Counted from the stretch's first letter, positions 46,122 through 55,695 are shown. The stretch is DNA of 64,000 bases from Acidimicrobiia bacterium (GCA_038144855.1 JAYQOO010000004.1:12349-76348); one strand, 5' to 3'. Translations and numbers: made by a program. Notes: generated by a model not told the origin, from the sequence alone.

Positions 46122-46841
46122 CTACCGATTGTACACTGGCGGGGCGGGTCGCGGCTTGGTGCGTTCGACCTGGAGGAGCTCACGCGTGGCCGGGTGCGAC
46201 GGTGACGTCAGGATAGCCTGCGGATCCCCCACCTCCACCACTTCCCCGTCTGCCAGCACCACGACCCTTGTCGCAAAGTCGCGTACGAACTCATCGTCAT
46301 GCGATGTCATGACCAGCGCGCGCCCGGAACGCGCCAGCGTGCGCAACGCATCACCCAAATCATTGCGACGCGCGGGGTCGAGCGACGCAGTTGGCTCATC
46401 GAGCAGCAGCAGCGGTGGATCCACTGCCAGGGCGCGGGCAATTGCGACGCGCTGGGCCTCTCCACCCGACAGCTCGCGCGGCAACGCCGATGCCCGATGC
46501 CCCACGCCCAGTTGATCGAGTAACGCCTGCGCGCGGGCACGCGCGTCGGTCTCCGGCTGCCGGTGCACCTCGATCGGCGCCAGCGTGACGTTGTCGATGG
46601 CGCTCAAGTGTTCGAACAGGTAGTGGAACTGGAACACCATGCCTACCTTGCCGGCCGTCACGCTACCGCCATCGCTACTTTCGAGGCCGGCGATCACGCG
46701 CAGGATTGTCGTCTTGCCCGATCCTGACAGGCCCATCAACGCCACGACTTCGCCGTTGTCGGCGTGCAGGTTCACGCCACGCAGGATGTCGCGTGTGCCG
46801 CGCGTGAGCCGGAGTTCCCTGACGTCCAGTGCGCGACTCAT
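46122..46841 (-). CDS. amino-acid ABC transporter ATP-binding protein
   Basis: Walker A GLSGSGKTT, signature LSGGEAQRVAIARAL, Walker B LLLDEPT. Start trimmed to the ATG overlapping the permease stop (ATGA at 46838..46841). Confidence 0.9.
   Translation of the reverse strand: MSRALDVRELRLTRGTRDILRGVNLHADNGEVVALMGLSGSGKTTILRVIAGLESSDGGSVTAGKVGMVFQFHYLFEHLSAIDNVTLAPIEVHRQPETDARARAQALLDQLGVGHRASALPRELSGGEAQRVAIARALAVDPPLLLLDEPTASLDPARRNDLGDALRTLARSGRALVMTSHDDEFVRDFATRVVVLADGEVVEVGDPQAILTSPSHPATRELLQVERTKPRPAPPVYNR
46128..46133 (-). promoter_or_regulatory. TACAAT -10 hexamer 10 nt upstream of tRNA-Lys 5' end
   Basis: Reverse strand GTG-TACAAT-CGGTAGTTTC-GGGCGGG. Lies inside the last codons of the ABC ATPase gene. 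Confidence 0.4.
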
Positions 46842-48316
46842 ACGGCCGGCATCCTCCACCGCCCCTCGAGCCGGCGCGCCAGGTAACCAAGGGGCAGCGA
46901 CATCAGCAGATACAACAGCGCGCACAGAATGCCTGGGATCACCCAGCTGCCAAGGTTGGTGGCAAAGATCTGGGTCTGCTTCGTGAGTTCCACCACCGTT
47001 AGCATCGACACCAGCGACGAGTCCTTCAGCAGCGCCACGAAGTCATTGGTCATGGGTGCGAGCGCCAGGCGGAACGCCTGCGGTGCGCGGATCAAGCGCA
47101 AGGCCTGCATGCGCGAAAAGCCAAGGATCCGCGCCGCCTCCAACTGGCCACGCGGCACCGCCAGCAGCGCACTGCGATAGATCTCACTTTCGTAGGCCGC
47201 ATAGTTCAGCCCCAAGCCGAGGAGCGCGGCAAGAAACGCCGGCAACCGGATGACCGACGCCAGGCCGTAATAGATCACAAACAGTTGTAGCAGCACCGGT
47301 GTGCCGCGCATCACTTCCACGTAGACGGTCAGCAACGTGCGCGTGACAGGATCTCCATAGACGCGGCCGATGGCAATCGCTACGCCGAGCGCCACGGCCA
47401 GTGCCATCGCGGCACACGACAGCACCAACGTAATGCCGGCGGCCCTGAACAACGACGGCACATACCGCCACGTCAACGCCGCCAACGAGGCAGGAGCCAT
47501 GGGCGGCGTGGGCTCGGATACGCCGGCGCTCGTCACCCGGGCATACAGCCTGGGCTGATCGTCGTTCCACACGTTCCACTTGCGAAAGATTCGTTCGAGG
47601 GTGCCGTCGCGCATCGCATCGGTCAGGATCCGGTCGACCTGATCACGCAGCGCGGTGTTCTCCGGCGCGGTGATAACGATGTAGGAGCCGACGGCGAGCG
47701 CGTCTGGATGAGTCACCAACCCGGTGTTGCGGCGCATCGCGCGATCGGCAAGCACGTTGTCGAGCACCACGCCGTCCACGCGCCCGAGAGCCAGGTCCGA
47801 GTACGGGTGGACATCATCGTCGTACGAAACGGCCGTGATGCCGTGGCTCTTTTCCGCCTCGAGCAGCAGGTCGTAGGCCATGGTTCCGCCGAGCGTGGCG
47901 ACACGCCGGCCCTTGAGGTCAGCCAGCGTGCGGTAAACGGCGCGATCGCGTTCACGAACCGTGAGCACTTCACGAAACTCGTAGTACGGGACGCTGGCGG
48001 CGAGCGACTGCCGTCGCGCCGGAATGTCTTCGATGCCACTCAGGCCAACGTCGAAATCGCCGCGCCTGGCGGACTGATCAAGCGAGGCGAACTGCACCTG
48101 CAGGAACTGCGGCGTTCGGCCCAGCTTGCCGGCGATCAATTCGGCAATCTCGACGTCGAAGCCAACGAGCCTGGCTGGATCCTGGGGGTCTGCTTCCACG
48201 AATGGCGCGCCGCCTTCGGCATCGCCGCCCCATCGCAACACCTGCGCCTGCGCGACGCTGAGCGTGGCCCAGGCCGCGACGCAGGTAGCCAGGAGTACAC
48301 GTGCAACGCGGCGCAT
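46838..48316 (-). CDS. fused amino-acid ABC substrate-binding domain and permease
   Basis: Signal MRRVARVLLATCVAAWATLSVAQA. Family-3 SBP region (VGFDVEIAELIAGKLG). Then a HisM/GlnP-type permease with an EAA loop (EAARILGFSRMQALRLIRAPQA). Confidence 0.85.
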   Translation of the reverse strand: MRRVARVLLATCVAAWATLSVAQAQVLRWGGDAEGGAPFVEADPQDPARLVGFDVEIAELIAGKLGRTPQFLQVQFASLDQSARRGDFDVGLSGIEDIPARRQSLAASVPYYEFREVLTVRERDRAVYRTLADLKGRRVATLGGTMAYDLLLEAEKSHGITAVSYDDDVHPYSDLALGRVDGVVLDNVLADRAMRRNTGLVTHPDALAVGSYIVITAPENTALRDQVDRILTDAMRDGTLERIFRKWNVWNDDQPRLYARVTSAGVSEPTPPMAPASLAALTWRYVPSLFRAAGITLVLSCAAMALAVALGVAIAIGRVYGDPVTRTLLTVYVEVMRGTPVLLQLFVIYYGLASVIRLPAFLAALLGLGLNYAAYESEIYRSALLAVPRGQLEAARILGFSRMQALRLIRAPQAFRLALAPMTNDFVALLKDSSLVSMLTVVELTKQTQIFATNLGSWVIPGILCALLYLLMSLPLGYLARRLEGRWRMPAV

Positions 48317-48516
48317 CAGTAGGCGTCGCCGAGAAACGGAAGCATTCGACCGCAGTATAAGACGGCGAGCCACGCCACCAGCGACACCGCACCCACCAGC
48401 TTCACCGCGCGCGGCGGATCGGCGTCCGCGTCGAGCGCGGCGACGCGCGCGGCCAACCGCGTTTCGAAAAACACCGCGTTTGCGCCGGTCCGCGTCGCCG
48501 CCGATGTCTCCGACAT
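48316..48516 (-). CDS. 66-aa single-TM protein (hypothetical)
   Basis: MSETSAATRTGANAVFFETRLAARVAALDADADPPRAVKLVGAVSLVAWLAVLYCGRMLPFLGDAY. Its TGA overlaps the ATG of the ABC gene (ATGA). Start choice is uncertain. Confidence 0.4.
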   Translation of the reverse strand: MSETSAATRTGANAVFFETRLAARVAALDADADPPRAVKLVGAVSLVAWLAVLYCGRMLPFLGDAY

Positions 48517-48674
48517 TATCAAGCGCCACCCAGTGGAGCTTGCGGCCCTATTACGGACCACTAAAGGGCTGACGACTGACGACATCGCCCGATTGGCGCG
48601 GGACGCGCAGAAGGCGAAGGGCAAGTAATTGCCGTGAGTGCGGGCGTGCTGACAGTGCAACTGGGAATGGTGAG

Positions 48675-48850
48675 ATGACGAAGTTCGTGCCCTACCTTCG
48701 TGAAGCCGTGATCGAGCGAGACGCGACGGCGCTGCTGGCCGAATACGCGGCGGCGCAGGGCTGCGCACTCACCCTGCCCATTCCCATCGAAGACATCGTC
48801 GAGAAACACCTCAAGCTCGGCGTGGAGTTCGACGACGCCCACCGCCGATT
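48675..48850 (+). pseudogene. N-terminal stump of an ImmA/IrrE-type (COG2856-like) protein, truncated at the tRNA-Glu 3' end
   Basis: MTKFVPYLREAVIERDATALLAEYAAAQGCALTLPIPIEDIVEKHLKLGVEFDD resembles the pre-HEXXH N-terminus of that family. The reading frame then runs into the tRNA. From memory, not searched. Confidence 0.4.
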
Positions 48851-48926
48851 TGGCGTCCCCGACGGGATTCGAACCCGTGTTTTAGCCTTGAAAGGGCCAC
48901 GTCCTAGGCCTCTGGACGACGGGGAC
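48851..48926 (-). tRNA. tRNA-Glu (anticodon UUC)
   Basis: Reverse strand GTCCCCGTCGTCCAGAGGCCTAGGACGTGGCCCTTTCAAGGCTAAAACACGGGTTCGAATCCCGTCGGGGACGCCA. Perfect 7-bp acceptor stem, loop CTTTCAA, close to the E. coli tRNA-Glu layout. Confidence 0.95.
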
Positions 48927-48946
48927 GCAGAGGTGAGAAACATCCG

Positions 48947-48955
48947 ATTGTAGCA
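48947..48955 (-). promoter_or_regulatory. extended -10 TGCTACAAT upstream of tRNA-Glu
   Basis: Reverse strand GTG-TGC-TACAAT-CGGATGTTTC-TCACCTCTGC-GTCCCC. The hexamer ends 20 nt before the mature 5' end. Confidence 0.45.
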
Positions 48956-49092
48956 CACGCGCCCTGGCCCGCCGAATCAACGGCTCACCCGCCCGGAGAA
49001 TGGCACTCTCGATCCAGGCATCTGCCCCAGGGCACTGCCGACTGCTCCTTACCTGCCTCGCGCTCGGAGGGCACCGGTAATGAGCGCGACGT

Positions 49093-49452
49093 TCAGAATC
49101 GAAAGCCGGTGAACACCGGGAAGTTGCGCCACCAGAGAATCAAGATCAGCGCAGTCTGCAACATGAATGGCAAAAGGAACGCGAATCCAATGTCGCTCCT
49201 GCGCCGCCACAACGCCGTGGCAGCGAGCACGTTTGCCGGCAGCGCGGCGAGACTCACCCACTGCAGGTACGGCATGTCCTTGAGATAGAGGCAAAGGGGG
49301 ACGGCGATCAACGCGCCGATGAAGCCCGTCCAGGTGAAACGCGTGGCGAATGCCACCGCGAACGCCACGATGGCCGCTACAACGAGTGGCGGCCCAACGT
49401 CAGCCCAGGTCATCGTTGCGCCGCAAGAGACGTGTCGATTCGCACGTGTCAA
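49093..49452 (-). CDS. small membrane protein (hypothetical, 3-4 TM)
   Basis: Hydrophobic ORF. Start is TTG 49452 or ATG 49413. Confidence 0.5.
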   Translation of the reverse strand: MTRANRHVSCGATMTWADVGPPLVVAAIVAFAVAFATRFTWTGFIGALIAVPLCLYLKDMPYLQWVSLAALPANVLAATALWRRRSDIGFAFLLPFMLQTALILILWWRNFPVFTGFRF

Positions 49453-49529
49453 TTAGACACCGCTCTGTAGGGAACGGCACCCAGCGATCGCAGACGCAGT
49501 GCACGCGCATGAGTTAAAGTCATGGGGTC

Positions 49530-51227
49530 ATGAAACTCCTCACTGCCCTGCTGCTCCTGCTCGGATTCACTGGTATCGAGCAAGCCGTTGAACCTGCCAC
49601 CATGGTGCTCCGGAACGGCAAGATCGTCACCGTTGACGCCGCGATGCCCGAAGCCCAGGCCATCGCCGTCAGGGGCGATCGCATCGCTGCGGTCGGGACC
49701 AACGAGGCGATTCAGCGATACATCGGACCGTCGACACAGGTGATCGATCTCAAGGGGCAACTCGCCATCCCCGGGCTCATCGAAAGTCACGGCCACTTCA
49801 TGGGACTCGGGCAGTCGAAGATGACGCTCGACCTGATGGACGTAAAGGATTGGGACGAGATCGTGTCAATGGTCGGCGCCGCGGCGAAACAGGCCAAGCC
49901 GGGCGAATGGATCCTCGGCCGTGGCTGGCACCAGGAAAAATGGGCGACGGTGCCGAAGCCCAACGTCGAGGGCTTCCCCATGCACGACGCGTTGAGCAAG
50001 GTGTCGCCGAACAACCCGGTGATGCTCACGCACGCCAGCGGTCACGCCAGCTTCGTGAACGCAGCGGCAATGGCCGCGTCGAACATCACGGCCACGACCC
50101 AGAATCCGTCTGGTGGGGAAATCCTGAAAGACGCGCAAGGCCGGCCGATCGGCCTGCTGCGAGAGACCGCGTCGGGCCTCGCCGGACGCGCGCTCGATGC
50201 CTGGCGCTCGAAGAAGACCGCTGCAGAACGCGACATCGACACGCGCCGGCAGATCGACCTGGCGGTGAAGGCCGCGCTCGAGGCCGGCATAACCTCGTTC
50301 CAGGATGCGGGCTCGAACTTCACCACCATTGATGCGCTCAAGCGCGCCGCGAATGACGGTGCGCTCGGCGTTCGTCTGTGGGTGATGGTGCGCGACAGTA
50401 ACGAGAATCTGGCCGCGAAGCTGGGGCAATACCGCGCCGTTGGTCTCAATCAGGATCACCTGACGATCGCCGCGATCAAGGTGGTCGCCGACGGCGCACT
50501 CGGGTCGCGTGGCGCCTGGATGCTCGAGCCCTACAGCGATTCGCCGTTGAGCGTCGGCTTGCCGACCAACTCCCCCGAGAGTATCGCGCAGACCGCGCGC
50601 ATTGCGCTCGAGCACGACGTGCAGCTGTGCGCGCACGCGATCGGCGACCGCGCCAACCGCGAGGTGCTCAACGTCTACGAACGCGCGTTCAAGGCGCGCC
50701 CGGGTCAATCTGACTTCCGCTGGCGCGTTGAACACGCGCAGCACATCAGCGCCGCCGACATTCCGCGCTTCGGCCAACTCGGTGTCATTCCAGCCATGCA
50801 GGCCATTCACGCCACCTCGGATGCGCCCTACGTAATCGCGCGCCTTGGCGCGAAGCGCGCTGAGGAAGGCGCATACGTGTGGCAGAAGCTGATGAAGACG
50901 GGGGCGATCATCGCCAACGGCACCGACGTGCCGGTCGAGCGGATTGATCCAATGGCCAACTTCCACGCGACGATCGCGCGCAAGACCAAGGATGGCTCGG
51001 TGTTCTACGGCGATCAGAAGATGACGCGCGCCGAAGCCCTGAAGTCCTACACCTGGAATGGCGCCTATGCGGCCAAGGAAGACGCGATCAAGGGGTCGCT
51101 GACCGTGGGCAAGCTGTCGGATATTACGGTTCTATCGCAGGACATCATGACCATCCCCGAGGATCGAATTCCGTCAACGCAGGTCGTGTATACGATCGTC
51201 GGCGGCAAAGTCGCGTATTCGCGGTAA
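49530..51227 (+). CDS. secreted amidohydrolase (Amidohydro_3 / YtcJ-like metal-dependent hydrolase)
   Basis: Signal peptide. GLIESHGHF metal-binding HxH context, HAIGDRA, HATSD, GTDVPVE motifs. Confidence 0.85.
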   Translation: MKLLTALLLLLGFTGIEQAVEPATMVLRNGKIVTVDAAMPEAQAIAVRGDRIAAVGTNEAIQRYIGPSTQVIDLKGQLAIPGLIESHGHFMGLGQSKMTLDLMDVKDWDEIVSMVGAAAKQAKPGEWILGRGWHQEKWATVPKPNVEGFPMHDALSKVSPNNPVMLTHASGHASFVNAAAMAASNITATTQNPSGGEILKDAQGRPIGLLRETASGLAGRALDAWRSKKTAAERDIDTRRQIDLAVKAALEAGITSFQDAGSNFTTIDALKRAANDGALGVRLWVMVRDSNENLAAKLGQYRAVGLNQDHLTIAAIKVVADGALGSRGAWMLEPYSDSPLSVGLPTNSPESIAQTARIALEHDVQLCAHAIGDRANREVLNVYERAFKARPGQSDFRWRVEHAQHISAADIPRFGQLGVIPAMQAIHATSDAPYVIARLGAKRAEEGAYVWQKLMKTGAIIANGTDVPVERIDPMANFHATIARKTKDGSVFYGDQKMTRAEALKSYTWNGAYAAKEDAIKGSLTVGKLSDITVLSQDIMTIPEDRIPSTQVVYTIVGGKVAYSR

Positions 51228-51236
51228 AGTTTTACC

Positions 51237-51626
51237 GTGCCGCTTGAGATCAACACTGAAGAAGCCCCCGCGCTGATTCGCATCCGCTGTGTCGGCCCGT
51301 TCCCGTCACCGGAGGAACAGGCCAAGCTGCGCGACGACCTGATCGCCAACGGCCACCTCACCGAGGACAGCGTCAGTCTGCTGGACTTCCGCGACGTCGA
51401 ACTCCCCGCGGATATCTTCACGGTGTTCGGGAAGTCGATCACCGAGGCGCTCCGCTCCGGCATGCCACGACGCCGCGCGTGCCTGATCAACCCCGGCCTG
51501 CACCTGCCATTTCTGCAGCAGTTCCAGAAGGCGATTCCGTGGATGTCGACGGCCGCCTTCATTAACGAACGCGAAGCGCTCGAGTGGCTCCTCAACCCCG
51601 AAGGATCGGCAGGATTCCGGCGCTAG
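51237..51626 (+). CDS. hypothetical protein (129 aa)
   Basis: GTG start 9 nt after the amidohydrolase stop. Its stop overlaps the next start (TAGTG). No family recognised. Confidence 0.5.
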   Translation: MPLEINTEEAPALIRIRCVGPFPSPEEQAKLRDDLIANGHLTEDSVSLLDFRDVELPADIFTVFGKSITEALRSGMPRRRACLINPGLHLPFLQQFQKAIPWMSTAAFINEREALEWLLNPEGSAGFRR

Positions 51627-53374
51627 TGTCATCGCGCGCTCGTCCGTTCGCGCTTGCCGCGCTGTATGGCGTGTTGAGCGTCGCGTTCTGCTGGCCGCTC
51701 TTCGATCACCCGCTAGGGCTCGGCACCAACGACTGGGATCAACACCTCTTCTATTACGGCGTCGTCCTGAAGAACGTCGTCGAGTACGGGCAGATGCCGT
51801 TCTGGAACCCGTGGTACTGCGGCGGCAACGTGATGTGGCAAAACCCACAGGTCGCCGTGCTCAGCCCGGTCTATCCGCTTGCCTTGCTCGTTCCGCTGCA
51901 GTTGGCGATGAAGATCAACATCGTGCTGCACTACTGGATCGGCTTCGTCGGCATGCACGTGCTGGTCACTCGAATCATCGGCGTCACGTTCCTGCCGGTG
52001 GTGATCTATCTCGCCACGCTGGTCACAGCGTCGGGCGCTCAAGCCATCCATCTGCGCGTCGGTCACAGCGTGTTCCTGCCCGGCTTCTACCTGCCGCTGC
52101 AGCTGTTCTTCGTCTTCAGGGCACTACGAACCGGTGAGTGGAAGTACGTCCTGCTCGCAGGCATGACCATGGCGCTGATGGTGGCAAACGGGGGGACACA
52201 CATCCTGCCGATGTCGATTGCCGCGATCGGATGCTTCGCGCTGGTAACAGCAATCGCTCGACGCAACTGGCGGCCGGTCGCCATCGCCGTGGCCTTCGGC
52301 ATTGCGGCGCTCACCTACTCCGCGCCCAAGCTGCTGCCGGTTGTCCAGTTCGTGCAGAGCGAGCAGTTCTCGGATACGCGCAATCCAACCGAGAAGCCCG
52401 ACCTCGTCACCATGCAGATGCTGAAGCAGGTCTACCTGACGCCAACGCAGGATGTTGGCGCGCGCCTGCCGATGCAGCGGCACGGCTGGCACGAGTACGG
52501 CAACTACATCGGCGTTGGCTCGGCGGTCGCGTTGGCCGTTGGACTGGGCGCCGCATTATGGGCCGGCGGCATCGGGATCCCCCTGGCCGTGACGACCATT
52601 TTTCTCTTCCTGCTCTCGCTCGGCGAATTCAGCAGCGTCGCCCCAGCCGTATTGATCCGGGAGCTACCGCTGTTTTCGAGCTTCCGCATTCCAAGCCGCT
52701 ATTCGATTCCGTTCCTGCAGTTCGCCGCGCTGTCGCTGGCGTGGGCGTTTCACGTCATCACGCGGCGATACACACTGTCGACGGTCATGCGAGTCGCCGT
52801 GGCCTTCGTAGCGCTGGCGGCCTCCGCCCACCTGATCGCCGTGAATCGCTGGAATCTGATGGACGTGTTCACCATCGAGGCGTTCGACACCCGCTTCTCA
52901 TGGAACAGTGGGCCGCGTGCGATCGACACCGACACCGAGAGCAGTGCGTATACGCCTGACTCGCCAATGCTCAGGGCCTTGATGGCCGATCGCGCGTTCC
53001 TGAACTGCTATGAATCACTGCAGCTGGCGCGGGGAGCGGGCAGCGGGCCGCCCGTGGTCGATTCGAACGCCCCGTCCAGAATCGGCGACGTCGCATTCAC
53101 GCCGAATCGGATCACGTTCACCGTCAACGACGGAACGGCTCCCGCGCATGTGATCCTCAATCAGAACTGGAGCGAGGGCTGGGCCAGCGATGCAGGTTTG
53201 ATCACCGCCGGCAAGCCAACCGAGTTATCGTTCGTGGATGTGCCACCCGGCACGACCGGACGATTCTCGTTTCGCTTCGTCCCGCCCGGGTTCTATCTGG
53301 GTCTCGGAATCAGTGCGGCCGCGCTGATTGCGACCGCACTGCTCTGGCGGCGGACGCTATCGCCTACTTCGTAA
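51626..53374 (+). CDS. large polytopic membrane protein, GT-C/YfhO-like suspected
   Basis: Track ORF trimmed to the GTG overlapping the preceding TAG. FCWPLFDHPLGLGTNDWDQHLFYYG...FWNPWYCGG, then about 12 TM and a C-terminal soluble domain. Confidence 0.7.
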   Translation: MSSRARPFALAALYGVLSVAFCWPLFDHPLGLGTNDWDQHLFYYGVVLKNVVEYGQMPFWNPWYCGGNVMWQNPQVAVLSPVYPLALLVPLQLAMKINIVLHYWIGFVGMHVLVTRIIGVTFLPVVIYLATLVTASGAQAIHLRVGHSVFLPGFYLPLQLFFVFRALRTGEWKYVLLAGMTMALMVANGGTHILPMSIAAIGCFALVTAIARRNWRPVAIAVAFGIAALTYSAPKLLPVVQFVQSEQFSDTRNPTEKPDLVTMQMLKQVYLTPTQDVGARLPMQRHGWHEYGNYIGVGSAVALAVGLGAALWAGGIGIPLAVTTIFLFLLSLGEFSSVAPAVLIRELPLFSSFRIPSRYSIPFLQFAALSLAWAFHVITRRYTLSTVMRVAVAFVALAASAHLIAVNRWNLMDVFTIEAFDTRFSWNSGPRAIDTDTESSAYTPDSPMLRALMADRAFLNCYESLQLARGAGSGPPVVDSNAPSRIGDVAFTPNRITFTVNDGTAPAHVILNQNWSEGWASDAGLITAGKPTELSFVDVPPGTTGRFSFRFVPPGFYLGLGISAAALIATALLWRRTLSPTS

Positions 53375-54308
53375 CCGGCTCGGCGACGACGAACGCCACG
53401 GCATCGCCCTTGGGCGAGACGGCAATGCGCGTCACCGCACCGAGTTGATGCGCGGCCGCGTCGAACACTTCGGCCCAGTCAGTTGCGCCACGCGTCCACG
53501 AAAAGATCTTGGTTCCCGACGACATCAGGATCGTCTTCCCGTCGGGCATCCACGCCATGTCGCGATCGCTGCTGCCCGCCACCGCCTTCACAAGCGGATC
53601 GATCTTCTTCGTCGTCACGTCGAGCTGCTTGACCCAGTAATCAGCTCCGTCGCGCTGCACGAAACTCGCCAGGCTCGTGCCGGGAATGCGGTGCAGCGAT
53701 CGACCCGGCCCTTCCGTCACGACCTCGCCCTTCCCGGTCTTCACGCTGGCGATCTGCAACGTGGCTGGCTTGCCCTGCGAGCCGAGCACGAACAAGACCA
53801 GGCGATCGCTGTCGATCCAGGCGTGATACCCCACGGGATCGATATTCGGGAGAATCAGCGCCGGCGCGGTGCCGTCGGCGGTAAAGCGCCACAGCCGTTG
53901 AATGGCCGGCGTCGGGCGATTGCCGTTCTTGTCGAACTCCGACTGCACGACGCCGAAGCTGCCGGCCGGTCCGGCTCCGGTTGGCACAAACGTCGGCGAG
54001 TTTTCATTCTCCGGTGTCCGCGTCAATTGCGGCACGCGGCCGCTCGCGCGATCGAACGCGTAGACGTCGAGCTGCTTGCCATCGCGATTGGCGGCAAACA
54101 GGATCCGGCTGCCGTCTGCGCTGAAGCTCGGTTGATTGTCGTAGCCGCTGCCGGTCGAGACCGGCGCCGGTTTCGCGCTCTTCATTGAGGCGACACCACC
54201 ATTGACCGGCACCAGGTAAATGTCGGTGCCGGGCGGCGCGGGCGCCTGCTGCGCCTGGGGTGCCAGCGCGAGCAGGCTCAGGGCGAGAGAAACGCTGATT
54301 GCCTTCAT
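53364..54308 (-). CDS. TolB-like beta-propeller protein (PD40 repeats), secreted
   Basis: Signal peptide. DNQPSFSADGSRILFAANRDG and related repeats. Confidence 0.8.
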   Translation of the reverse strand: MKAISVSLALSLLALAPQAQQAPAPPGTDIYLVPVNGGVASMKSAKPAPVSTGSGYDNQPSFSADGSRILFAANRDGKQLDVYAFDRASGRVPQLTRTPENENSPTFVPTGAGPAGSFGVVQSEFDKNGNRPTPAIQRLWRFTADGTAPALILPNIDPVGYHAWIDSDRLVLFVLGSQGKPATLQIASVKTGKGEVVTEGPGRSLHRIPGTSLASFVQRDGADYWVKQLDVTTKKIDPLVKAVAGSSDRDMAWMPDGKTILMSSGTKIFSWTRGATDWAEVFDAAAHQLGAVTRIAVSPKGDAVAFVVAEPVTK

Positions 54309-54692
54309 CTACATCTTCGGCTTGTCGTTCTTCAGTTGAACGACGATGACCTCGACGGGAGTGGTGCCGGGATTGACGTCGGCGTGCTCAGTGCCGGCCT
54401 TGTCGGCATCCAGCCACATCGCCTTGCCCGCCTCGAGCTTGTAGACGTCGATGACCTTGCCGGCACCGTCAACGACGTTCAGCGTCCCGCCGTTGAGCGA
54501 GATCAGCGCACGGCCGTGGTCATGACGATGCAGGCCGAGCGGCTTGCCCGGGGAAACGATCGACTTCCACACCTGCACTTCGCTGTTCTCGAACTGTGGC
54601 TCGCGCCGGCTCGTCGATTGCTGCCCGACCGCCACGCCCACCGCGAAAATCGTCCCAATAGCCGCTACCGTTCCAACTCGTTTCAGGTTCAT
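54309..54692 (-). CDS. secreted cupin-like protein
   Basis: Trimmed to MNLKRVGTVAAIGTIFAVGVAVGQQ. Contains GLHRHDHGRALISL...GTEHADVN (cupin His motifs). Confidence 0.65.
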   Translation of the reverse strand: MNLKRVGTVAAIGTIFAVGVAVGQQSTSRREPQFENSEVQVWKSIVSPGKPLGLHRHDHGRALISLNGGTLNVVDGAGKVIDVYKLEAGKAMWLDADKAGTEHADVNPGTTPVEVIVVQLKNDKPKM

Positions 54693-54717
54693 GTGCCGAT
54701 CTCCTCGTGAATGCATC

Positions 54718-55695
54718 TTACCCAACACCGAGCAGCGCCGCGGCATTGCGCCCGGCAATGCCTTCGCGCTGTGCCGGCGTGACCGGTAGCCGACTGACCG
54801 CATCGAGCATCTTGGGAATGCTGCCGATCTGGTGGGGATAGTCGCTCCCGGCCAGGATGTGATCGGCGCCAGCGAACTTGATCGCCAGCTCAATGCAATT
54901 CTGGTCGAAGTTGACAGTGTCGTAATAGAACTGCTTCAGGTAGCTGCTCGGCGCGCGGCTGATGTTGGCGCGGCACTCCGCAAAGGCCTCGTAGCCGCGA
55001 TCGAACCGTTCCGCCAGGTACGGCACCGCGCCGCCCATGTGGCACAGCACCCACTTGATATTGGGATAACGCTCCGGCACGCCCGCAAATACCAGGTGCG
55101 CCGCAGCAAGCGTGGTGTCCATCAGAAAACCCACCAGCGGCATCAACCAGTACTGTTCCATGGCTTCCACGCCGAGCGGATGCGCCGGATGGATGTAGAT
55201 CACCGCCTTGAGTGCGTTGGCCTTTTGCCAGAGCGGTTCGTACACTTTGTCGGCCAGCGCCACGCCATTGACGTTGCTGAACACCATCGCGCCTGGCAGT
55301 CCGAGCACCGTCATGGCGCGCTCGAGTTCCAGCACCGAGGCTGCCGGATCGTTGAGCGGCAGCGTGGCCAGCGACAAGAAGTGCTGGCGCTGGTTCACCG
55401 CCGTCGCGAACGCGTCGTTGATGTGCTTGGCCATGGTGACCGCGACGGCTGGATCTTCGTAGTGCGTGCCCGGTGTCGTGAAGGTGATCACCTGCTTGTC
55501 CACGCCGTGCTTCTTGAGCACGCCTTCGCGGTAATCCAGATCGCGATGTCCGGGCACCAGGATGTTGTAGTCGCCCGGATAATGCAGACGCGGATTGCCG
55601 TCGGCGTCGTAGTCCAGACGAACCTTGGTGGGACCGCGCTTGACGGCATCGAGATATTCGGGCGAGTAATAGTGGTTGTGGAAGTCGATTTTCAT
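54718..55695 (-). CDS. amidohydrolase-2 family protein (ACMSD-type decarboxylase/hydrolase fold)
   Basis: Trimmed to MKIDFHNHYY (metal-binding HxH). Contains VLCHMGGAVPY and AGSDYPH. Confidence 0.8.
   Translation of the reverse strand: MKIDFHNHYYSPEYLDAVKRGPTKVRLDYDADGNPRLHYPGDYNILVPGHRDLDYREGVLKKHGVDKQVITFTTPGTHYEDPAVAVTMAKHINDAFATAVNQRQHFLSLATLPLNDPAASVLELERAMTVLGLPGAMVFSNVNGVALADKVYEPLWQKANALKAVIYIHPAHPLGVEAMEQYWLMPLVGFLMDTTLAAAHLVFAGVPERYPNIKWVLCHMGGAVPYLAERFDRGYEAFAECRANISRAPSSYLKQFYYDTVNFDQNCIELAIKFAGADHILAGSDYPHQIGSIPKMLDAVSRLPVTPAQREGIAGRNAAALLGVG

Noticed and set aside
46043-49100. Intact prophage or genomic island between or next to the two tRNA genes
   Set aside because: The interval holds a normal amino-acid ABC transporter operon. 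I found no integrase, recombinase, phage structural gene or duplicated tRNA 3' segment by eye. Only short stumps remain, reported separately.
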